NCBI RefSeq assembly: GCF_000952155.1
Contig: NZ_JYON01000006.1
Coordinates: 2,833 to 26,832 of the forward strand
DNA from: Aliterella atlantica CENA595
GTDB lineage: Bacteria > Cyanobacteriota > Cyanobacteriia > Cyanobacteriales > Chroococcidiopsidaceae
DNA: 24,000 bases
Direction: 5' to 3'
A model generated the notes under the pieces. That model was not told where the DNA came from, made no database searches, and was given only the letters and a program-made list of their open reading frames with translations. Shown here in pieces: positions 16,812 to 24,000 of the stretch (position 1 is the stretch's first letter; each line of letters starts with the position of its first letter). Made by a program: the position numbers and the translations under genes.

Positions 16812-19127
16812 ATGAAATACCAATATAAAAATTTTCAACAATTAATGCTGCTGAGGCTGGTGCGCTTACAAAAATATAACCATGAAGAATCAGGTTTTGT
16901 GCTAGTTATTGTAATTTCTATGGTGTTGATCCTGACATCTTTGCTAGCAGCCTACGGCTTACTTAGCAAAATTGAAACAGCAAGCACTAAATCTTCTGTG
17001 ACTAGCAACACAGGGTTTTATGCAGCAGAGGCTGGGCTTAACCTACGAGCTAAACAGGTTCGAGACAAATTTAATGGATTCAATCGTCCTACTGGCACTC
17101 CTCCTGGAACTGCCCCTGAATACCTTGATGCTTTACAAAAGTGTTTAAGTAATACTGGTAGTTTAGGCAGTGGTGATTTCATCTGTAAGCGCCAAACTTT
17201 TAACAACCAAGAATTATTAAGCTACGTCATTGAACATCCAGATAATTTTGACCCTACAAAAAATATTATACAGATTAATTCTGGCGAACCTTTTGCTGGC
17301 TTGAGCGCTCAAGAATATCGTTACGATGTTACATCAGTAGCACTCAATTCTCAGGAGCCAAGTGCCATACTAGGAATGCGTTTCAAAAGCCGATTGATAC
17401 CACTGTTTCAATTTGTTGTTTTCTACAACAATGACGCAGAATTTACTGTGCCACCAGATATGAACTTAAATGGTCCTATTCACAGTAACGGTGATTTGTA
17501 TCTAAACGTTGGTAACAGTCGTATTTTGACAATTAATGGTGTAGTTAGTACAGCAGGCAAATTATATCGTGGCGAGAAGGTAGCATCGCAATGTGGGGGT
17601 AAAGTTAATATCTATACGGTTCTTGACTCTGTATCTAGTATCAAAGAGCTTAGTTGTGGTAGTGGCAGAACTGAGTACACTCAAAGTCAAGTCAGTGATT
17701 GGAAGAAAAATATTCTTGTTACCGTCCCTAAATTAGAGGTTCCTGAACCTGATGCCTTAGATGCTAAAGCAGGAAAAGATTATTGGGACAAAGCAGACCT
17801 ACGAATTGTGCTTAAACTTGACTCTTCTAGTGGCAATCCAAGCGGTATTGAAATACGCAATCAAGATAAATCGGTAGACACGACGAAAACGAAAGCCCTT
17901 CTAGAGAGTTGCCCTACTAACACCACCACTACAACACTTAGAAATGAGTTAGATGGTACATCTAACTACGAGCAAAGTGACGTTGACCTGATAGTCAATT
18001 CAATTACTGGTTTTGCGGTTGGTAATGTAGTAAGAGTAGGAAATGATTATGATAGCAATATTATTACCAGTATAAATCCATTAACTAATACAATTAGATT
18101 GAAAAGGAGGCTAGGACACACTTATCAATCAGCTACTGTAGCCTCGAAAGATGACATCGTTAGTAAAGTGAGCGTCTCTACATCTAATACATTCTACAAT
18201 TATCGAGAAAAAAATGGAGGTACGACAGGCAATGATGGTACGTACATTCGTATGCTCAATGTTGACGTTCGAGGTCTGTTGGACTGTATTCATTCACAAA
18301 GTTTAATGGGTAGTAAAGCCTTGAATGATGTTACTGAAAACGGTTTAGTCTGGTTTCTGACTGTAGATGGACCTAATTCAGAAACAGATGTAAACTCTAG
18401 TACGGCTCCTAATAACTCCAATAATTATGCTGTACGCCTTTACAACGGTGACTATTTATATTCAGGTCAAAGTGGTGCACCAGAAATTAAAGGTTTGACG
18501 ATTGTTTCAGACCAAGCAGTATATATTCAAGGTAACTACAATCTTAAAGATGACTCAACAACTACTGGTATTAACGAAGGTGATAACTTAGCCACTACTA
18601 CTGTTACTGAAAGGTGGAGACCAGCCTCAATCCTTGCTGACACAATTAATATTCTCTCCAAAAAATGGCAATTAGATGATTCCAATGGTCGGACATATAG
18701 TACAAGTAATGTACCGTCAGGCACAATTCAATATGATGATTCTAGACGAACTGCTGAAGAAACAACCGTTAATGCAGCATTCTTGTCTGGAACCACAATT
18801 ACAGGTGGTAAAAATGGTACAGATGGTCAAGACAAGGGTAGCAATAGCAATAGTGGAGGTGTGAATAACTATCCTCGATTCCACGAACATTGGAATGGTA
18901 CTGTTAAATTTAACTATAAAGGGTCGTTTGTAAGTCTCAATGCACCGCGTCGCACTAATTCGCCATTCTGCGGTAGCTATGATGCAACCAACTGCAATAT
19001 TTATAGTCCTCCACAGCGTAACTGGGACTTCGATTCTGACTTCAAGAATGCTGCTAACCTACCACCACTTGCTCCTAGGTTTGTCTATTTAAGGCAGGAG
19101 GTTTTTTCTCGTAGCTTTGAGCGATAA
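16812..19127 (+). CDS. Large PilX-N-terminal-domain pilus-associated protein (771 aa)
   Basis: The N-terminus ..EESGFVLVIVISMVLILTSLLAAYGLL...FYAAEAGL resembles the PilX N-terminal domain and has no Glu at +5. The large C-terminal region is Thr/Asn-rich. It is the fourth gene of the pilin set and starts 11 nt after the PilW-like stop codon. Confidence 0.7.
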   Translation: MKYQYKNFQQLMLLRLVRLQKYNHEESGFVLVIVISMVLILTSLLAAYGLLSKIETASTKSSVTSNTGFYAAEAGLNLRAKQVRDKFNGFNRPTGTPPGTAPEYLDALQKCLSNTGSLGSGDFICKRQTFNNQELLSYVIEHPDNFDPTKNIIQINSGEPFAGLSAQEYRYDVTSVALNSQEPSAILGMRFKSRLIPLFQFVVFYNNDAEFTVPPDMNLNGPIHSNGDLYLNVGNSRILTINGVVSTAGKLYRGEKVASQCGGKVNIYTVLDSVSSIKELSCGSGRTEYTQSQVSDWKKNILVTVPKLEVPEPDALDAKAGKDYWDKADLRIVLKLDSSSGNPSGIEIRNQDKSVDTTKTKALLESCPTNTTTTTLRNELDGTSNYEQSDVDLIVNSITGFAVGNVVRVGNDYDSNIITSINPLTNTIRLKRRLGHTYQSATVASKDDIVSKVSVSTSNTFYNYREKNGGTTGNDGTYIRMLNVDVRGLLDCIHSQSLMGSKALNDVTENGLVWFLTVDGPNSETDVNSSTAPNNSNNYAVRLYNGDYLYSGQSGAPEIKGLTIVSDQAVYIQGNYNLKDDSTTTGINEGDNLATTTVTERWRPASILADTINILSKKWQLDDSNGRTYSTSNVPSGTIQYDDSRRTAEETTVNAAFLSGTTITGGKNGTDGQDKGSNSNSGGVNNYPRFHEHWNGTVKFNYKGSFVSLNAPRRTNSPFCGSYDATNCNIYSPPQRNWDFDSDFKNAANLPPLAPRFVYLRQEVFSRSFER

Positions 19128-19172
19128 TCACTTTTATAACGCCAGCCGTTCAGTAAAATCATTAACCTTGTA

Positions 19173-19216
19173 AAAGAAGGACTTGTCTAATAAAAACAAG
19201 TCCTTCTTTGCTTTTG
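19173..19216 (+). terminator. Rho-independent terminator after the PilX-like gene
   Basis: AAAGAAGGACTTGT (19173-19186) and ACAAGTCCTTCTTT (19196-19209) form a perfect 14-bp stem with a 9-nt loop. GCTTTTG follows. Confidence 0.7.
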
Positions 19217-19368
19217 CCTACTACCAAACTCAAAGCTAAAGTATAACTACGCTCAATGTTTAAGATTGAAGTCATTATTTATACCTTCAAACAGCAAGAT
19301 TTCCTACTAACATAGGTAATATATATCGTAGTTCACTATAGAGCCTAGCTCTTTGTAGGAAAGCAGTC

Positions 19369-22300
19369 ATGTCCAGCCGCAAGCAACGTCGGGTAGTTCA
19401 GAAGCGCGATCGCCAAATTTGGCAACTATCCGCTACAAACTGTAAACAGCATACGTCATGGCTGCTACGCTGCTCAATACTTAGCGATAAAAACTCCCAT
19501 TCATCTGGCTTCGTCTTGCCAACTGTAGCAATGGTGTCGCTAGTAGTCGTACTAATAACTACTGCGCTCGTATTGCGGGCTTTTGATCGCTCCAGAGAGG
19601 CTAGTAATGTCAGGGTAGATGCCGCAGTATCAAATGCTGCAAAACCTGGCATAGATCGCGCTAGAGCCAAAATAGATGCATTATTATCCGATCCGAGTTT
19701 GCCAAGAGACACTCCCACTGATACCGATTTTTACAATGCCCTGACTAGCAGCAGGTATGTATTAGGTGATGAAACACGCCTGAAACTGGTTTACGACATC
19801 AATAACAATAAAATTATTGAAAAACGACCTACAGCAACAACTCTAGAACAAGACGAAGCGATCGCAACTGCTTGGAAATTTCCAGTTGATACTGACAATA
19901 ATGGTAAATTCGATAGCTATACACTATACAGTATTGTCTTCCGCAGTCCCAACCGAGGACAAGATGGTAGGTTTGAGCGCTCTAGAAATCCTCTAGAAGC
20001 AAGAACTCCACCAATGAAAGGTGCGCTGAGTAGACGCTGCGAATATACTGCTGGTACTAGCCCTAACTTGGTAGGTGACTCTAGTTGGTACAAATCAGGT
20101 AGTAACCTAACCAAAAGCTTTTTTGCCTACACTGCCACAGTGCCAATTGATACTCTGCCTATATCTCCCAATGTAGGTGCTGGCAACTATGAAGTGTATA
20201 GAGGAAATCGAGGTTTTTCTGCCCTGGAGTTTCAGCAAGATCGCAGTAGAGTTCCCCTAAATAGCAATGCTGTTTTGTTTCAAAACGACCTGGAACTTAC
20301 TCCTGGTGTTGACTTTCGCATGAATGGCAGAATTTTTACAAATGCCAACTTACTGATCGGCGGGCATGAGGGTAAAGCGATTAGGCTCTATCAAATTAGT
20401 AGCAAAAACTCCTGCTTTTACAAAGAACAAAACAGTAAAATTACTGTCGGTGGCAACGTCGGTACAGGCAACGTAGCCGACGCACAAAATCAAACAGCGG
20501 TAACTGTCGATCTATTTAGAGGAGTAGGTAACGACCCAAGTACCTCCACAATCGATGGCAATAATAAATCTACAAGCGAAGTAGGAGGCAAAAGAGTAGG
20601 ATACAACGATGCCGCCTATAGCAAGCGGATCGGGGCAATGAAGCAGGCTATGCTAGCTTTTTCTACAACTAATCCTCCCACAGTTGCCAGCGTCAATAGC
20701 ATTACTCAGTACCCTTTTTCAGTTAAAGCAGCATTTAAAGCTAAGATTGAAGCACCTGGAGGTAGCAGCTTAAACGCTCAAGAAATTCTTGCCGAACAAG
20801 TTGAAACATACCTAAAAGATCGTACCCGTCGCGTTCCTTTTGCTGAAGTACCTGCCGCCGATGGGACAGGTGCTATTCTTCCAGGGGATAGCAATGGGAT
20901 TGATACAAGCTCTGGGATTGTAGAACCAATCGCTAAATGGCGAGAGCCTACAGACACTAATACTGGTTTAGCGCTAATTGCAGCCAACCTACAACAGACT
21001 CAGCCCGAACAGCAGAGAGAAGATGGTGTAGAGACATACTTAGGCGATCGCATTAATGTAGGTAACAACTTACCTGCTTACTGGAAAAATCTGACTAAAT
21101 ATGTTACAGGACCTTTTGAAAAGCAATTTTTAGGCAGCGCGGTTAAATGGACTAATCCTAGCGACGAAGAACGCTATCGAACTACTCAAGTAGTCGCTCT
21201 CCCAGATGTAGGTATATCTAATCGAGATGGTTTTTGGGAAGATGCAGCCGCTAGACAACCAGCAACTAAATTATCTAATGTAGGCGGTTTGAGGATAATA
21301 ACTGGGGCAGGAATTTATCGCAACTTAGCATCTACTTATACAGCTTTATCTGCTCCGTCTTTTCTTCCACTCCCTCCTACCATCCTTGATGGCAATAGAG
21401 CTATTCCTAATGCTCCACTTTTAGCAGGTGAAAGCTCATCTATTCCCTACACTTTAGTTTGGTCTGACACCATGCCTATGAGTGGTGGAGTCGATAACAG
21501 CAAAACACTAATCAATGAAAGTACAGCGCCAGCCGACTTGCGGATGAGAGCTACGGCTGTTTATCACTATGCAAACAATCCTGGAACTAGCCAGACTCCG
21601 ATCGCTTGTGTCAGCAGCTATTACGATCCGACAAACGCAACTACTGCTAAAAATAGAGTTAATTTTGATGGTGGATACGGCATCGATACTGCTAGCGGTA
21701 AGTCAAACAATGGTGTTGTCTATCCTACTCCCTACACCAGCGATACAGATAGGTTTAGTGCGATCGCCTCTTATTTGCCAGAGTTGAAAGCTCAAGCAAA
21801 ACTGATGTTTCCCAATGGGCGCGTCGTTAACGAACCTTTGCAGCAAGCCTTGCTCAAACTTAATGGTGGTGGCGGACTATTAGACAATACCAAACCCCTA
21901 AGTTTGGCGGAAAATTCAGCAATCGATACAGCTATTTGCGGTATCAAAATTTTGACCGATAGCTCCTTCAATCCCAGCACAGAGCCTATAGTGCCACATG
22001 GCGCAATTAGAGAAGCATCTTTTCTTAATGCTAGAGAAGTTCAAGCGATTCATAAGACGAATAATACGACTGACTACGATTTAGAACTAGAACAACGCCA
22101 GCCTTTAGAAGTACGAGTGACTGACCTCGATATGGGTCAACTTGCAGCTAAAACAATTGGGACAGCAAACCTTCAAGAATATCTTTTGCCTAACAGCGGT
22201 ATTATCTATGCTAGTCGAGACGATGCGCTGCTCGATCTAAGTGACACGAGCATAGAAAGAGAGTTACTTAGTTCTACCGACTTCAAACTCGACCCTACAC

Positions 22301-24000
22301 GCCGCCCAAACGGAATTAGGCTAATCAACGGTAGTAGTTTAGAACGAGATGATGATTATCGAGAAGAAGAAAAGGGACTAACTTTAGTTACCAATTTGCC
22401 AGCTTATATTCAAGGCGACTTTAACCTGCACCAACAGTCAGGCGATCGCACGCCTACTGAAGAATTTACCGATACCTTGGCAGATAACTGGAGCGATTTT
22501 TATACACGCAACCCAACACTCGATCCTAATTTTGCTTGTCGTAAGGGGCAAAGTGGGTGTGGTGGTAATGGCGATCGCTGGCGACCTGCAACTATCATCT
22601 CTGATGCCATGACGGTGCTATCAGGCAGTTTCCGCGATGGTTTCCGTGATGAAGGAGACTACGATCTCAATAACTATGCAGGTATTGCTCCTACTTTAAA
22701 TCGCACTAAAAACGGCTTGTGGAACAATAGCTTTGTTCCTAGTGCCTTATGGTGGGATACAGGCAATACAGACAATGCTTATCCTAATGAAAAAACTGAG
22801 GATAGTTATGTAGGTTCCTACCTAACTAATGCCGTGACACCGATCCAACGGCGCGTAAATGCACCTGAATATGTCATGGAAATTTGCCGTAAAGTCCCTG
22901 TCTCCGAATGTAGACCGAGCGATTGGCTAGTTGGCTACGATAATAACGGCGATGGAGATATCGATGATAATGGGGAAAGCGATGTTAAATCTGCAAATCT
23001 GCCCCAAAACGCTGATGTTACTCGCTTAGGTGCAGGTACTACTGCTAGCGCTGCTTTGCGACCTAGCGATCGCCGTTACGCTCGTCGGGTTGCATTCAAA
23101 CGTAGCACTGGCAATACACTAGAGTTATCTAATTGGTCTAGCCCTAACGAAGATAATATCACTCCAATAGCATTAGGAATAAATAATAGCGGTCAAGTTG
23201 CTGAATTTCCTTATACAGAAAATGTTCTGCCCAGAATAAGAAATAATGCTCTGTGGTTTAGAACAACAACTAATACTATTGGCGAACCATACAACAATCC
23301 TAGCTACGCAAACAATAGACCGCTAGCATATACAGGCAATACTAAATTTACGTCTCCTCTTACCCCTGAAATTGACAACGTAAATAGTCTCAACCTTCCA
23401 GAGAATAACCCTGCTTCTAGCTACACAGTTTGTACTAAAACTGCTGGTTCCTCTCAAAAACCGTTAGTCAATGATTCCACGCTTCTTGATGACGGAAATT
23501 GCGATCTTGACACAACCGTAGGGCAGCTAAATGCTTTAGATCCTAGTACATCTAATACAGATGCGATCGTTACACCTAGTCAAAAGGTAACTAATCAAAA
23601 GGGAAGCTTTGCTAGCGGGGAGGAAACAACTCTCACCCAGAGTGGTCGTATAAACGTTATCGATTTAGGCCTTGGAGCGCGGACTTTAGGAGAGGATAGT
23701 ACGAGAGTAACAACAATTAAATTAGTAGGCGATGAAGACTCTATATTTGTGTTCCAAAAAAAAGGAGGAATCTTAAACTTTGCTAGCAATTCAAATTGTA
23801 GCCGTCGTAACAATACCTGCACCCGCAAAGGTGTAGCTATTGAACTAGATGGGGTTGATCCTAACAATGTATTCTGGGCATTAAATGCAGATACTCAATG
23901 GAACGAAGTAGATTCTAACAGCCCTCATAGAATGAAGGGGAATTTTATTAGTAAAGGGGCTGTTAATAGTCTCAAAAATGTAGTGATAGAGGGTCGTCTT
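19369..24000 (+). CDS. Giant pilin-anchored protein, 5' partial in this window (more than 1544 codons, continues past 24000); possible HpsA (hormogonium polysaccharide) family
   Basis: This ORF is not in the supplied track. I read the frame beginning at ATG 19369 codon by codon to 24000 and found no TAA, TAG or TGA. An upstream in-frame TAG is at 19339-19341. Only short shadow ORFs lie on other frames across these 4.6 kb. A 47-aa basic leader is followed by G|FVLPTVAMVSLVVVLITTALVL. The HpsA assignment rests on my recollection of that family's N-terminus and is unverified. Confidence 0.8.
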   Translation, partial: MSSRKQRRVVQKRDRQIWQLSATNCKQHTSWLLRCSILSDKNSHSSGFVLPTVAMVSLVVVLITTALVLRAFDRSREASNVRVDAAVSNAAKPGIDRARAKIDALLSDPSLPRDTPTDTDFYNALTSSRYVLGDETRLKLVYDINNNKIIEKRPTATTLEQDEAIATAWKFPVDTDNNGKFDSYTLYSIVFRSPNRGQDGRFERSRNPLEARTPPMKGALSRRCEYTAGTSPNLVGDSSWYKSGSNLTKSFFAYTATVPIDTLPISPNVGAGNYEVYRGNRGFSALEFQQDRSRVPLNSNAVLFQNDLELTPGVDFRMNGRIFTNANLLIGGHEGKAIRLYQISSKNSCFYKEQNSKITVGGNVGTGNVADAQNQTAVTVDLFRGVGNDPSTSTIDGNNKSTSEVGGKRVGYNDAAYSKRIGAMKQAMLAFSTTNPPTVASVNSITQYPFSVKAAFKAKIEAPGGSSLNAQEILAEQVETYLKDRTRRVPFAEVPAADGTGAILPGDSNGIDTSSGIVEPIAKWREPTDTNTGLALIAANLQQTQPEQQREDGVETYLGDRINVGNNLPAYWKNLTKYVTGPFEKQFLGSAVKWTNPSDEERYRTTQVVALPDVGISNRDGFWEDAAARQPATKLSNVGGLRIITGAGIYRNLASTYTALSAPSFLPLPPTILDGNRAIPNAPLLAGESSSIPYTLVWSDTMPMSGGVDNSKTLINESTAPADLRMRATAVYHYANNPGTSQTPIACVSSYYDPTNATTAKNRVNFDGGYGIDTASGKSNNGVVYPTPYTSDTDRFSAIASYLPELKAQAKLMFPNGRVVNEPLQQALLKLNGGGGLLDNTKPLSLAENSAIDTAICGIKILTDSSFNPSTEPIVPHGAIREASFLNAREVQAIHKTNNTTDYDLELEQRQPLEVRVTDLDMGQLAAKTIGTANLQEYLLPNSGIIYASRDDALLDLSDTSIERELLSSTDFKLDPTRRPNGIRLINGSSLERDDDYREEEKGLTLVTNLPAYIQGDFNLHQQSGDRTPTEEFTDTLADNWSDFYTRNPTLDPNFACRKGQSGCGGNGDRWRPATIISDAMTVLSGSFRDGFRDEGDYDLNNYAGIAPTLNRTKNGLWNNSFVPSALWWDTGNTDNAYPNEKTEDSYVGSYLTNAVTPIQRRVNAPEYVMEICRKVPVSECRPSDWLVGYDNNGDGDIDDNGESDVKSANLPQNADVTRLGAGTTASAALRPSDRRYARRVAFKRSTGNTLELSNWSSPNEDNITPIALGINNSGQVAEFPYTENVLPRIRNNALWFRTTTNTIGEPYNNPSYANNRPLAYTGNTKFTSPLTPEIDNVNSLNLPENNPASSYTVCTKTAGSSQKPLVNDSTLLDDGNCDLDTTVGQLNALDPSTSNTDAIVTPSQKVTNQKGSFASGEETTLTQSGRINVIDLGLGARTLGEDSTRVTTIKLVGDEDSIFVFQKKGGILNFASNSNCSRRNNTCTRKGVAIELDGVDPNNVFWALNADTQWNEVDSNSPHRMKGNFISKGAVNSLKNVVIEGRL

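Noticed and set aside
19398-19718. 106-aa minus-strand ORF. Similar antisense ORFs are at 8789-9112 (107 aa), 16009-16371 (120 aa), 714-989 and 2758-3033.
   Set aside because: All lie entirely antisense to long, well-supported genes (the giant ORF, htpG, the PilW-like gene, the wzy-like gene and GT2). Their composition is low-complexity, as is typical of shadow ORFs.

Overview
This is a cyanobacterial chromosomal segment. The HIP1 octamer GCGATCGC occurs more than 30 times by eye and the DNA is AT-rich. The gene content fits a filamentous, gliding lineage. Layout, left to right:

- **94-7131:** a Wzx/Wzy-type exopolysaccharide cluster. It holds a Wzy/O-antigen-ligase-like membrane protein, a Wzx-like flippase, a GT2 glycosyltransferase, a secreted BNR/Asp-box GH74-like beta-propeller protein, and a divergent WecB/TagA/CpsF-family transferase.
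- **7898-10283:** housekeeping genes htpG and rpmB.
- **10417-13836, minus strand:** an Rpn-type (DUF2887/DUF4351-like) nuclease or putative transposase gene split by a complete group II intron (11030-13606). The intron shows a GTGCG 5' end, domain V, domain VI with a bulged A, and an RT-maturase-HNH ORF. Predicted splicing restores the reading frame.
- **13890-14254:** an array of 42-bp tandem repeats, each starting with HIP1, followed by an 18-bp perfect hairpin.
- **14681-19127:** four overlapping or tightly spaced pilin-like genes in the order GspH/FimT-like, PilV-like, PilW-like and a large PilX-like gene, ending in a strong terminator.
- **19369 to beyond 24000:** an ORF of more than 1544 codons that is missing from the supplied ORF track because it has no stop codon in the window. 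I read every codon and found no in-frame stop. It has a pseudopilin-like N-terminal anchor and shares three motifs with the 771-aa PilX-like protein. It resembles the HpsA family of the hormogonium polysaccharide secretion locus.

The pilin module plus this giant paralogue is the most interesting part of the window.
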